From: Sarea resinae
Lineage: Eukaryota
DNA: 50,242 bases
Assembly (NCBI GenBank): GCA_026026165.1
Contig: JAPEUD010000034.1
Coordinates: 186,001-236,242 of the forward strand
Reading direction: 5' to 3'
Under the pieces are notes generated by a model. That model saw only the letters and a list, made by a program, of their open reading frames with translations, did no database searches and was not told the origin of the DNA. Position numbers and translations under genes: made by a program. Of the stretch, positions 25,989 to 38,900 are shown piece by piece; position 1 is the stretch's first letter; each line of letters begins with the position of its first letter.

Positions 25989-27890
25989 ATGTCGTCCAAT
26001 TCGCCCCCGACGTATTCGAAGCTGCCGCGCAATGTTTTCTCGCGTTCCCGATCGTCATTGTCATTTGCGACTCCACAGCCGAAGCCTGGAGACGAGGGAG
26101 CGAGGCCGCATTACTTCTCGCAGATACCATGGGCGGGGATCTCTGCTTCTATGGGCGTCATTCTATGCGCGGTGGCTTCGGCCATCATCCTCGCCGTTTC
26201 TAATGGCGATCTCGTCGACTCATGGACGGTCCAGCCAACGGTATGGCTTGCGGTCCTTTCGGCCGTCGCGAATACGCTATTGTCATTTGCATTCCACGAG
26301 GGAGCGACCATCATCTGGTGGCGAAAGTCTTTGCAGGGCGGATCCTTGGATGAAATCCACCGGACGTGGAGCTTTGGGGATAGCCTCCTTGCTTCTGTGA
26401 AGCATGCGAGGCACTTCAGATGGATCTCTTTTGCGCGCATCATGGCGACCCTCGCCATGATCGACGGCCCTCTTCTGCAGCGAGCGTCCACGGTGACGAC
26501 CCACAACGTCACGACCCCCGTCAACATGACGATGCAAATAGCCACCGGTCTTCCCGTTGGCTATTCGGGGTTCGCCACGGGCCTGAACAATAATTTCTTC
26601 CCGGACCAATACAGCGTTCCTCTGCTGACCCCGAATTTCGCTGGAGTCATGTCCGGTTATACCAACAGAGTGCCGATGACCCCGCTGTTTAGTGGCTGCT
26701 CTGGAGACTGCCTCGTCACGGTCAAAGCATTTGGACTGGTGCCCAGCTGTTCAAATACCACCAAGAGCATCAATTACGGAGCATTCCTTGTGAGTGGGAA
26801 CAACTCGGAGCAGAATTTCGAGGAGAACGCGGGAGCCAAGACCCTCTTTGAGACAGCTTTCGATATAAGGTGGGGCCTGGAAACGAATGAGACCGGAGGA
26901 TGGCCGGCAAACTTGACGTATCACCTCACCTACACCGTTGCCGATCCTGACCGCAGCCACCAGACCTGTGAGGGCGCGATTTGCGATTGTCCTGCGACAG
27001 CCACCGAACGAACTTGTGTCCTCCGGCGGGGTATCGTCGAATATTCCTTGCGACTAAGCAACACATCCGCCGTCTTTGTAGGAGACTCCACCGAATACAA
27101 AGCCGACACGGTCTTGCCCTGGGACACATTTGATATCGCGAACGATGAGCATGGCGACGCTCGGGGTGGAGAGGGATCCGCTGGTGGCACGACCATAATC
27201 GGAGGCTTCCAAGACGCCGCCCAAGCTGCATTTGGATCCGAAGCTGAGATTGTCTACGGGGCTCTGGGTAGACCCGGTTCCTCTTGGAGATATAATTCAA
27301 CCGGATCTCTCTCTTCCCAATATATCGACTCCGCGTACGATAATTGGCAGAATTTCGGGTATTGGTGCAATTTCTCGTACAATGATCCCACCAAAAATAT
27401 CTTACAGTCGCTCAACGAAATCAGCTTCCGCTCCGCCATCAACGCCACGAATTCTTCTACCCCGGCGCAGACTGTCCTGGCCATGCAGACCACCACTAAG
27501 ACCTTCTATAAATCCCACTTCAAATATCTCTGGGGTGCATTGGCGCTGATGATCTTCAGCGTCCTGGTCGTCACACCGACCTTGTACGGCTGGTGGGATC
27601 TAGACCGCAAGTTTACGCTGGATCCCATCGAGATGGCGAGAGCCTTTGATGCGCCTTTGCTTCGCGACACGGGAGGACGCTCGTCGAAGGTGGAGGTGAG
27701 GGATGTTTTGAGGGAGATCGGGTGGCGCAAAGTGCAGTACCGTGATAATGTATTTCGGGAACTGACGGAGCCGGTGGCGATGGCGGAGGGAATCGGGCTT
27801 CGAAGGGGTGAGGCTGAAAATGAGGGCGAGGCTGGGGATGAGGGCGAGGGGGATCTCAGGTATGAGGCCCGTTCCGGTCAGCCGGAGTAG
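25989..27890 (+). CDS. Fungal membrane glycoprotein, DUF3176-like
   Basis: Single long exon. N-terminal TM helices with WTVQPTVWLAVLSAVANTLL...EGATIIWWRK, DGPLLQRAS, many N-x-S/T sites, C-terminal TM and GWWDLDRKFTLDPIEMARAFDAP. Confidence 0.75.
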   Translation: MSSNSPPTYSKLPRNVFSRSRSSLSFATPQPKPGDEGARPHYFSQIPWAGISASMGVILCAVASAIILAVSNGDLVDSWTVQPTVWLAVLSAVANTLLSFAFHEGATIIWWRKSLQGGSLDEIHRTWSFGDSLLASVKHARHFRWISFARIMATLAMIDGPLLQRASTVTTHNVTTPVNMTMQIATGLPVGYSGFATGLNNNFFPDQYSVPLLTPNFAGVMSGYTNRVPMTPLFSGCSGDCLVTVKAFGLVPSCSNTTKSINYGAFLVSGNNSEQNFEENAGAKTLFETAFDIRWGLETNETGGWPANLTYHLTYTVADPDRSHQTCEGAICDCPATATERTCVLRRGIVEYSLRLSNTSAVFVGDSTEYKADTVLPWDTFDIANDEHGDARGGEGSAGGTTIIGGFQDAAQAAFGSEAEIVYGALGRPGSSWRYNSTGSLSSQYIDSAYDNWQNFGYWCNFSYNDPTKNILQSLNEISFRSAINATNSSTPAQTVLAMQTTTKTFYKSHFKYLWGALALMIFSVLVVTPTLYGWWDLDRKFTLDPIEMARAFDAPLLRDTGGRSSKVEVRDVLREIGWRKVQYRDNVFRELTEPVAMAEGIGLRRGEAENEGEAGDEGEGDLRYEARSGQPE

Positions 27891-28292
27891 ATCTCATCGT
27901 GAACGAGGGTCGAGTTCGCGTGTTATGATACCATTTTCAGAGTCCCCGTTGTGCATCCGCTGCATCTCATTTGCATTCGTCCCAGCGGCATCCCTCTGCT
28001 TCACGTGTCCGTCAGTCGTAGTCTTCACCGAATATGCGTCCCAAAGTCAAGGATGAACGTGGGGATCCACTTGTCTGAAGCAACGACTACAGATTTGACT
28101 CGCTCTACCCGGAGCAAGTGATCCGTGGGTGTGCCCGAGTATCGTCCTCGCTGCAGACGCTTTCCTTGTAGGCGGCGTGCGAGAATCCCTCACCTCACTG
28201 TTCGATGATGGTACATGATCGTCGACTCGAGTGGTGCCTCTTTGTTCACGCTTTCTCCGTGCGTTGACCTGTCGAGAGTCAATCTCGGGTGA

Positions 28293-29727
28293 AGCAGGCC
28301 ACATCTGCTTCCTGATTCCCGTCCTGCCCATTCTCAATTCTCAAGAGGTGAGCCTCCCAGGCGCAGCAACCCGTCCACGAGGGATCCCAAGAAACAGAAA
28401 CTCAAGGTCGAGGGTCAGCCGCCCAGCCAACCTCCTCGGAAGAAGAAACAGAAACTTCAGGTCGAGGGTCAGCCACCCAGCCAATCTCCTAGGATGAAGA
28501 AACGGAAACGCAAGCCAGATTCTGGGGCCCAGGAGATGCCTGAGACTCCAACGCTTGAGACAACATCTGAAACTTCGACATCTCTTCCAGCCGCCGAGCT
28601 TCGTGGCCTGTTTGAATATGCATCTCCGCCGTTGAGATTCGAGCTCTTTCCGGAAGCAGGAATGCCAAAGGAGGTTCGCGAGATCTTTAATGAATTGGGA
28701 AAGCTTCGATATGGCTCTGCCACTATTCCCCTCGAACTAAAGGTCCTTGCTGCTGCCAGCCACGAATCATCGGCTCCCAGGACTTCTCGCTGACGGTACG
28801 ATTGTAGGGTCGAGTTTGCGAGAAAGTCCACAAAAGTCATCGACCACCACCCTCTGCTTACGACAACATTCCTGTCAGCCATGGTGATAGAGCCGGAGAT
28901 CTTTGGGATCTAGCCTTGGACATCCTTGAAAAGGGCGCAGAGATGTTCAAGGACCAAAACACCATGCCTGAGGAATCGTGGATCTCACTAGCTAAAGCTG
29001 TCCTACAGGCTACCTTTGACGCGTACATAGCTCCTTGCTCAGACCTTGAATTTGACTTGATAGGAGTGTAAGTGCAAGAGTTCTTACCCTCTTCAAACTC
29101 TTCAATGTGACTGCTGAGCTGACACAGACATATGCACTCAGTCGACCAACATATCTCCTGCATCGCTTTTACCGAAAGTAAATCGTACCGCAATCAGAGC
29201 AAAGCAAGTCCATCTGGCCGTGGCTGTACGCGATGCAGACAAAGGCGCTCAGATCTACCGGGCCCTTCGCACAGGGGATCCGCTGATCCGACTCAGCTCC
29301 TTAGATCACACAAGCGTATCCCACAAGATCCTGCTTGCATGCTTAGTTGTCGGAGGGCCTGATAAATCATATACCGAAGCATCAGTGCAGCTGGCGGTGT
29401 GGTGCTATGCCGGACTACAAAAGCTGGAAGAACTGAAGTCACTGGAGCAAGAACGTATCAACGTGGAGACTAGAATGATGATGGCTTGGACAGTGATCGG
29501 ACTGGACTGGAAGCTACATATTGCATATCAAGATGAGAAAGACAGGTCAATGGTAAATATTCTGCCTCTCCTTGGGTTTGGCACATATTGATCGGCTCGC
29601 GTGCGTTGAACAAGCCATCCTCGGCCCTCTCCCTTGCGGTGGTATCGATGATCTTTCCTCAGTCTTCATCCTCTTCAGCGCCATTGAGCATCTCACACAT
29701 CAATTCAGTCGCTCTTTGTCCGTCTGA
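28293..29727 (+). pseudogene. Fungal PD-(D/E)XK nuclease-like gene, probably inactivated
   Basis: Reconstructed exons ...PEESWISLAKAVL..., QSTNISPASLLPK...KQVHLAVAV, ILLACLVVGGPDKSYTEASVQLAVWCYAGLQKL, WTVIGLDWKLH, AILGPLPCG. Expected catalytic D and ExK are replaced. Two acceptors appear mutated. Start not found. Confidence 0.6.
28389..28513 (+). repeat. 54-bp in-frame tandem repeat (about 2.3 copies) encoding KKQKLKVEGQPPSQPPRK
   Basis: AAGAAACAGAAACT..AGGTCGAGGGTCAGCC.CCCAGCCAA.CTCCT.GGA.G repeated directly. Confidence 0.85.
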
Positions 29728-31132
29728 TTGAGACCAAATGAGCTCTCTGCCAGGGTCTTCCGCAGGCATACTAGCATAGTCTTACGATGTATCTTCAGAC
29801 AGCTTCGGTTTCGGTTTTCCCGCAGTCATCGTCTCTCCGATCAACCAGCCAGAAGCTGACTCCTCAGTCTTGCTGTCCTTGCACCGTCCTTGCAGTTGCT
29901 TTTAAGCAAGGGAGACTTGACAAGGAGCAAAGTTCGAGGCCCAAGTGCCGGCCACCTGTGACATTGCTCAGAACTTCACGACTTAGCACCATGAAAACAA
30001 TCAAGGCTTTTTATGCTAGATCAACTTGCAAGACTGTGACTCCGCCGCCTCTAGTTTCAACACGCATAGCCTTTCCAACTGGGTTGGCCGCGTTGACGTA
30101 GACCTGCAATGGTAGATTGATCTATCTCGGATGCCTCGCTTTCCCCCACGTGCCTCTCCGGACACCACATGTCCCCACAGGCGGAGCTTTTTCTCCGTCA
30201 GATGGAACGTAGCGACTCGCGCAAGGGCTTGCCTCTTTGTACGTAGTGGTCGGACAGGCTGGATCACGCTCGCCCATCCTCTTCTGGGATCGACGCCGCG
30301 GTCTGCAGTGGAAGATACCTGACATGCCGTCCGCAGACAAAGCTGTTCTCGATCGAACATCTTGGAATGGAAGCATTCAGATTCACCAGCGATCGCTTCC
30401 GATCCCGATCGCGATTACCGCGTGCGAGCTTGCGACCGCCGGCGCCCCGCTAGGGGTTGGCTACCTCCCTCATTAGGGTCCCGTACGAAAGTACTTCTTT
30501 ACTTCGTACCACCCGTTGGGTCCCCTCCGCCACGCGAAGGGTCGCCGCACCGAAAACCGAGGAACGCGGCCGAGTTCTCCATCCGAAGCGCAACCAGCGG
30601 GCACATGGCGTGCGTAGGACCGGAGTGCGTCCTCAGTGGCCTCCGTATGATCCAAAGCATGGATCCTTCGACATCACTCAGATGGACGTCACACGCGCCG
30701 AGGAAGAGTGCCCGGTACGGAGGATCTCTCTCTCCGATCGTACCACGGTACCACGCGAAGACCCCGCCATCGAGACCGTCGACCGACGGACCGCCAATGG
30801 GAGCCCCTCATCGATGAATCCTGGCGATGCCCACGTGGGCGATCTCCTCGACCGCTTCTGGAAGGCTGCGAGGGTCCCGAACACGTTAGAGCGGATCGCG
30901 GACCCTGGTCGCGTTGGTCGGGCCACCTGCGACCCCTGGGCGTGGGTGACGGCGCCAATGCGGTCGAGAGCGGGACATAAAGTGGTGCCCCTCACCTGCA
31001 AAGTCCGCCCGGGGATCCGTCTTCGGTTTCCCCCTTCGACGTCTCGATCCTCAACGCGCCTTCATCTTCTCCGTCGACGGGTCACCTTCGACCGCAGCAA
31101 TCGGCTTCCACCAGATCGGACCAGACGACAAT

Positions 31133-32279
31133 ATGATTTCCAAGATCGCCATCGAGGAGGCCTTCTCCCTCCCCGATCTGATCGGGAAGACGAAAGACTA
31201 CACGCCGGCGTTCCGTGTCGATGAGCTCAACAGCCAACTCCTCGACATCCACGCCCAGCGCCTGCGAGACATGGACACCTACGGCGTCGACTTCATGGTC
31301 TTATCTCTCACCTCCCCGGGTCCGCAGGACCAATCCGACCCCAAGAAAGCCGAGGCGCTCGCCATCCGGAGCAACGACTACCTCGCGGCCGAGATAGCGA
31401 AGAACCCCAAACGCTTCGGCGGGTTCGCGTCGCTGTCGATGCACGATCCCCATGTGGCGGCGGAGGAGGCGAAGAGGGCGATAAAGGAGCTGAAGCTGCT
31501 GGGGTTGATCGTCAACGACTTCCAGTCGTGCGGGGACGACGGCGAGGGTGCGATCTTCTACGACCAGCCGGAGTGGGATGCGTTCTGGCAGACGGTGCAG
31601 GAGCTGGATGTGCCTTTCTACATCCACCCGCGCTTGACCACGCCGAACGTGCAGAGCTTGTTCCTCAAGGGACGGCCATGGCTGGGCGCATCGGCGTATT
31701 TCTTCTCCGTTGGTGAGTAATCATCGTCGGGTGTGAGGATTCATACTCACGCGCATCGTAGGTGTATCTCTACATGTCCTCGGCATCTACTGCAACGGCG
31801 TCTTCGATCGCTTCCCCGACCTTCAAATCATCATTGGCCACATGGGCGAACATCTTCCGTACCAGCTATGGCGGATTGACCACCGATTGCAATACGTGCA
31901 GAAGGGAAGAGGGTTGCCAGCTAAGAAGACGCTCACGGAAGTTTTCAAGACCGTACGCCACCTCACCACCATACGTGCTTCCTGTACTGACGTCGCAGAA
32001 CCTCCGGATCACCACCAGCGGCCACTTCGGAACCTCGGCCCTCCTCTACGCGATCCAAGAGCTCGGCATTGACCGGTATGTCGCTGTGCCATTCACTCTG
32101 CTCTTTCTTCCTATGAACGGATCAGACTAATATCCTCCAGAGTCATGTTCTCAATCGACTACCCTTACGATATGATTTCTCACGGTTGCACCTGGCTTGA
32201 TTCGATCACCGAGCTCACAGAGGAGCAGAAGACTCAGTTGGCATCCGGAAACGCGAAGAAGGCTTTGAAACTTGCTTGA
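31133..32279 (+). CDS. Amidohydrolase-2 family aromatic acid decarboxylase (2,3-dihydroxybenzoate/gamma-resorcylate decarboxylase-like)
   Basis: KIAIEEAF, MVLSLTSPGPQ, RFGGFASLSMH, PFYIHPR, IIGHMGE, ITTSGHF, VMFSIDYPY. Three introns. Confidence 0.9.
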
Positions 32280-35200
32280 ACTCGCACGCTGTTGGGGAGG
32301 TAGGAAGTTAGCTTAATTGCCAACGACGATGCCATTTGAGTGGATTATGTCAATCTCGCGGGATCATCCGTTTGGCTTGCTCGTGGGGACTACCCGTGTT
32401 TAGGGCGCTATGAACCGTCATCGTGACAGGGAGGCCGCCCCTACGTAATCTGTGCATCTCTAAGCAATTCATTGAGCTCGCTTGCTTGGGAAAACTTTAC
32501 CAGATCATGTGTTCTGCCAGTGAATTGTTCTCCGCTTCACATTATTCCTCATCCGCAAGGATAGAGCCGCGCCGATACCTTGATGTTGCTTTCCCTTGCA
32601 TCCGTTCCGCCCAAATATTCGTCAAGGCTGCAGCTAGATACTCCCAATATGAGCAAGTAGCGCCGGGAGAGCACTTTGCAAGCTTGCAGGCTAAGTTTTC
32701 CATCCGCCAATTGTTCTGTGGGGCGAGGCACCGAGAAAGCTCGGGAAAATAGGCAAACTAGATCGGTAACACCTAACAACGCTCCTACATAATGGCTGAC
32801 ATCTCCTGCATCTTCTGCATGATCCGAATTACCCTTCAATATTGCCTCTCGCGCGCCTTCCTACCTGCTAATGGCTTTCCCGAATCAACTAGACAGACAT
32901 ATCACCGGCTTTACTCCGTGCTTTCAAGTCGATGCGTCATTCTTCCGTGGATCTCACTATAGCCCCAATTCCCAATGGCAAGCTAGAACACTCATGGTAC
33001 AGGAGACGAACTGGAACGCAGCGTGCTGGCTCAGCTGATGGGCTCCACTTTTCAGATTACTTAGGCAGGGGTCTTGAGGGCGATGGCGTTAATATCTCCC
33101 CCCAGATCTGGTACCTGTCATTGACATCGATTCACCAACGCAGAATGGTGAAGCTTCTCGTTTCAGCCAACGGCTGCTGAAGTGAATCTGCTGGTGAATG
33201 GGAGAAAAATATTGGTCTCTATAAGAAATCCACCGGGCCCGCCAAAGATACTTTCCAAATTCATCACAGCAGCTCAAGGGCTTGATGATATAATCTGGCA
33301 ATGCTATCATACATCTATACAACACATACGGCATCAACATACTCTTCTAGATCCGAACATCGAATACTTTACCGATGAGGGTGTCAGCGTATATCAAAGT
33401 GGAAGTCGATTCCTACCAGCTATCAATTTCGACGTATGGCTCAACATGACTCAAAGAAGACATCATTAAGTTGCTCAGAGCTGAGACATGATCGAGCCTA
33501 CACGACTTTTGCCAGGGTACGCCCTCCTAACAAGAAAGTCTGGCTCTAGGTCACGCCTAAGCAATACAAATACAACAGCCGTCCATGAGATTCTCAACAT
33601 TTCCACTAGTGGTCGACTAGAGAATTGGCACAGAAGCAACTACCGCAGGACGATAGCTTCTCTCCTAAATCTCAGCCTATTTAAGCTTTTGGCTCTTTTG
33701 ATAGATGCAGGAAAATGACTTTAGACAACGGTGTATGATCCTATAGGACTTTAAGATAGTCCTCGCAGCTTTACGTTGAGATATACGCATAAGAATCCTT
33801 CTGAAGTTACTAAAATACCAGAAGACGCTAGCTACGTGGCTTTATAGACAGGTAGAGAACGACTAACCCTATACACAAAACATACACTCTGACTTCCTAA
33901 TGAAATACATTCAAAGGAAATTAATTCAAGAAAGAACAATCATTCAGATACAATGTCAAGACCATTACTGGCAGATTATAAGATGTGTTACAATAGCACC
34001 TAAACAGGATATACAACAGATACAGCAGATAATGTCCACGCTTCATCAAGAAAACTTTTTCCAAAAGAAAGGTGGCTGAAAGAAGTCTCTAAATGACCAC
34101 AACTTACTAGAACCCGGAAATCAAGGAGTAGTTTGTCAGAGGTGCTATAAAAGTTACCACAAAGATTGACGGGACTGGATGTATGTCCCGTCACATTATA
34201 ACAGATTCGTCGCCCTCGTCATCTAAAAGTAAGTGGATAGTCTCGCCGATGTGCAAGTGCCTCGGCAGGCTAATAGACGGTGCGTGCCCTTGTAGTATTA
34301 AGTGGTGTCCTGCCGCCCGCGCCAGTTCCCGCCCAATTGTTGCCTTTATCGATCAAGTAAGTGCCTGTTAGGTGATACTATAGTGCATTTGCTGACGGAT
34401 TTATGAGAGTTTCCGCAATAGACTCGCCTCCCCGTCCTCCTCATTCCTCCTCATTCCTCTGATGGTGGACATTCCTGGCGACCAATAAGGTAGGTGCTAC
34501 TAGAGGTATCTAGAATGCCCTGGTGATTGATTGTGCTGTGATAGTCCTGATGAGATGTTCCCTTCGCTCGCACCCCTGCGGGGCCCCAATCTACTCTCTT
34601 CAAGTCTAGGTTTAGGCTGGCAGCCAACAACCTCTGCGATTCCCTCGCAAGATTCTGCCGTCGATTTAAAAGCGTTCTTGTCTGACTTGCGATGTGAAGC
34701 GATGCGATTCAAGTGCGATGGCGATCCCAAACTATGCTGCAAAATCCTCGAATTTTTGGTGGGAGTATAGGAACCACTCCTTGCTGATAGCAGGGGCTGC
34801 TATTTAGTGGCATAGGGCAACTTAAACGGCAACTAAGCCATTCAAAAGAGATCGTTGCACTCTGTTTTCACAGTCCCTAGGGCCGGCTACCCTAGCAGTA
34901 TGGCAAAACCTATTGGCCCGCATCTTCTAACTGATGCAAACAGAGGGATCCGTCACTAGCCCCGTCTACAGCCGCCTCTTCGATACTCTGCGCGATACCA
35001 TCACTCAACTCCCTCAATCCTCACGGGCAACCCTCAACGCATTCTGGCGGGTGATCCGGGACGGTTTCGACAGTCATGACATGACAATCCATCAGGTCCA
35101 ACAGGAGAATAACCGCCTCCGGCAATCTCATCAGCAACTGCGCGTTGAACTGGCTCGCCTGCCGCCCCTTCCTCCTCGCCCCCTCCTCTTCCTGCCCGTC

Positions 35201-35329
35201 ATGCGCCAACCTCTCCTGCAACCTGGAACATCCGCGATTAGTTCACGCTGTTGGTCGAGAATGCCAGTTTATAGGATGATGATGTTTTGGCGACAGTTGA
35301 TGCGAGATAGGACCTCGACCCGACCTTTA

Positions 35330-35900
35330 GCCGATATCTGCTTCACAATTATCGAGATGAGACGGCCTATTGCCGATCTACTAGACTTATCTCTAGGTTT
35401 AGACTGGAGTAGCTCCTCTGAATGGCCGTCTCAAGATTCGATTGTGGATTCGGATGCGTTTTTCGATGAACCCAGAAAGGAACAATTGAAACTTGAAGGG
35501 GACCCGGCACTACGTGCAACTGTTCTGAATTCGCTTCCGTTTATTCGATCGGGTTGCTGTTGCTTAGTGCCCTTAAAGCCTGCCAAAACTAGGGGAGACA
35601 TTCAGCTGAGCTGGGGCGGTGCAAACAAATTTGGTGTTCTACAGGAAGTCATGTTATGGGCGGCTGGTGTGACGCTCGTGAAGAATCGTGGCCAATGCTC
35701 ACACCTTTGCCACAATCCTGTGTGCCAGGTGGTTGGCCCTGTTGTAGCTGAATCCGAAGTATATAATCATCTTGCGAGGGATGTATTGTCCGGGCAGATT
35801 GCCCTCACAAAAGTGGAGGACTTTAGAAGAAAGTGCTATGCTGTACGCATAAGCCTAGATGTATAAGTTTGCTGCAGGATTTGCCTCTCAAGTGGATTTT
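35330..35900 (+). pseudogene. His-Cys box (His-Me finger) homing endonuclease pseudogene
   Basis: IQLSWGGANKFGVLQEVMLWAAG...QCSHLCHNPVCQVVGPVVAESEVYN. After a frameshift near 35770: GCIVRADCPHKSGGL*KKVLCCTHKPRCI (second Zn site, with a premature stop). Confidence 0.8.
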
Positions 35901-38900
35901 TTTGCTAACCAAATACATTGACTCTAGGTACAGCACTAGGACGTTTCAACTTGCGACTTATGTGACAGAACATGCAAATGACCCTTCGAATAGTCCTAAG
36001 TCTTTGTTCCTGTCGCCGTCTAGTCTGGCTGCAGCTGTGGATGCAGCTAAGAAGCTTCCCTAGCTTTTATAGGGCACCATGTTTGAATGTCGATCCCTAG
36101 CTCTCCCAACATGAACGTGCTTAGCTGCTCGTCATCCCAGCCATATGGCCCCTACAACCGGTCTTCTCGCCCTATAAGGAAACCCACGATGGGTATTCCC
36201 AAACCAGATTCCAAGGAATCAAATACCTCGTCCATCGCCTTATCTACCAGTCCCTCCACCATGATCTTGACAATACTGCTGACATCTCCTATGTACTATA
36301 TAGCGGGAATAAAACCTCCTGTAACATCAGTCCTCGGCACTTGCGCCAAGAGGAGAATGTCCTGAATCAGTCCAGAAAAATGTGCCAGCTGTACATGGAA
36401 AGATAGCTGTTTGAATATCATAGTGGTTTGGTTCCGGCGTGGTGGGGGGAAGCTGATTTGCTGAATTCAATGAATGTTGCTATGAGTCAATGTCGGGCTG
36501 TGCATTCGCCCTGCGTTTGTCGAGTTGATTATAGGTATTGGGCATTAGGGGTGTGAGCTGTGCGTTTGCTGATTGCTTTGCTGGCTTCGATTGAATAAGT
36601 AGACGGTCGCTGTTTTTAGATTTTGGTGTTTTTCAGGGGACAATGGGATAGTTGCTTATCTGCCAGATGCTTTGAAAGGTGGCGGCACAAAGGACCAGTT
36701 CAATTCAATGGCAACAGGGTGGATCAAGGGCTGCAAGGCATAGAGAAAAGGGAGGGACTAGATCAAGGGATCAACCAAGCTAACCTGCAGCAGACAAAGC
36801 AGCAACCCACCAAACGATGCAAAGCCATGCCTAAAGACCACGAGATAGAGATTGATGAAGAATCAGACCGCAACCAAACCGATCAAGACACTCTTGGGAA
36901 TAATATCACTACGACCAATAGTAAGTCTCTTTGTCCCTACTTAAGAAGGCAAAACTAACAGGACTAGCACCCTCGACCTACGCCACCGTTCTTAAATTAG
37001 GAAATTCCACGAAGTTAACTACGGTCGATAAGATCCGCTACTCCTCTAATCTGGCCAACCTATTTGTCTCCCTTAAAAAGCCGAAGACTGTGGAGTCTTT
37101 CCAATTACTGTATGAGACAATAGTCGATGTCTAACCAGAGTAAAGGCCATTATCCTATCAGGGACTCCATATTTTGTCGTCTCTTTTGAGTCCCCTGCTC
37201 AGGCGGCGTCCGCACAACAGATACTCATCTATCTCACATTCAACGGCCAACCAATACGAACAGAGGCGTTTAGGGCCCATCACCGCCGGCAAGCAGCAGC
37301 GCCACGTCCCTGGGTTATAGAGTACGGCATGCCACCAGCCCTCCGACGTTGGGACTTCTCTCACAGAGCAATTTTTGGAAAGCTCTATTGGCACGGAAGG
37401 CACAGCAACAGACCTAGCATCTGGCGCGATTAGTGATCAACAGCACGATCAGTGATCAAGAGGTAGTGGTTATGTTTTGGTCATGTTTGTAACAAGCACC
37501 GCAGCAGTAGAGGCCTTCGGGCTGGACGGGGAGCTCGTGTGGCACTCGTATCTGCACGTGGGGCTGCGTCATCTCGCTCGGTGCGTCGCTGGCGGGCACC
37601 GGTCTTGTGGCTGGGCAGCCTCCTGCAGGCCATCTGGCAAGAGTGATTCGCAGGCCGCCGCGCTCTGGGGGCCAACCGGCAAAACATTGCGAGAGAGCAG
37701 GGGAGAAGACATGCCGCAGGCCGATGATAGCTGCTAGCTGTTGGCTGGTTGGTTGTGGGGATCGATGTGAAAACAAATTAGCTGAGATTGCTACGTATAA
37801 ATTGCGTAAGGATGGCTTGCATGACTTGCTGCAATTGAGGGGCGTATCTAGAAGCATAGGACCACACCTAGGGCGAAGCATCTAAGGACAGGCAAGGCTT
37901 ATAGTGGGGGCAGACACTGACACTCGAGGACAGGGTATCCACTATAGATATCGACATAGACTTGGTCGCATCCTCCTATAGCCTAGCGAATCCTGATCCG
38001 GAACTACATGCCGCTCTGGCAGTGGTGGAGAAGGCGAAGAGGAAGCGAGGAATAACATCAATGGCACAGCCAGGTCACCTGCGAAGTAGAAGCCTAATAA
38101 AAAGACAGAAAAGTAAAGGCAAGCCGAACGACAGGACTCGGCTATCAGCCCACTTTGTGGCCCTTGTAGCGCTGAAGGGATTCTCAATAGAGGATGGAGC
38201 CTTAGAGTCCAGCTCAAACAGCACAGGCTTAATCTAACCCCTGAGTAAATTCATCAATTGGGGCTGAGATAGCTGGTTTCTCGGGAAAGAACTTACCGTT
38301 TACAAGATCACAATCTCTACAATTAGACGCACAGATTTTGTTTGGCCCAAGTTTGCCAAATTCGTCCCGAAGTGGACTTTGTCCCCCTAAGCAGCCCCCC
38401 GCCCCTCTCTCCGCTCTTGGGTTTAGACCAAAAGGACCTCACGACCAGAATGTGAGTTGCTGCCTCGGCGGATCCAGCGTTGGTGCGACGAGATCTTAGC
38501 GAAATATAAGAGAGAGGGGCTTTTCGGCAAGGCTGGTGGGATATGTCAAGTTCGAAGCCAGCGAAATCGGGTGGTTAAGCTCAAGTTCGCTGGAGGGGCG
38601 CTAACAAATTTGCTACTCTTCAGGAGCTGATGCTGTGGGCGGAGGGCATATTTTTGGAGACTGGGGGAGCAATGCTCCTATCTTACAGACTTAGAGCGGC
38701 CGGACACGCCGGGCTGAGGGGAGATTCCTACTAATCTCTTTAGACGACCAATAAGTCTGTTTCGTAAGTACAGATACTGCAAGCACATCGATATCAGTAA
38801 GTCTCCTTCGTTCATTCGACTCTCGTGCCTTCTCGTGGCCACCCCTGCAGAGTCAGTGTAAAAGCCCTTGCGTTCCAGCAAACCCTGACACCCTGATCCC

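Noticed and set aside
34934..35866. 310-aa ORF as one intact protein
   Set aside because: The C-terminal Zn motif lies in another frame with a stop, and the N-terminal part looks like frameshifted unrelated sequence; treated as a pseudogene.
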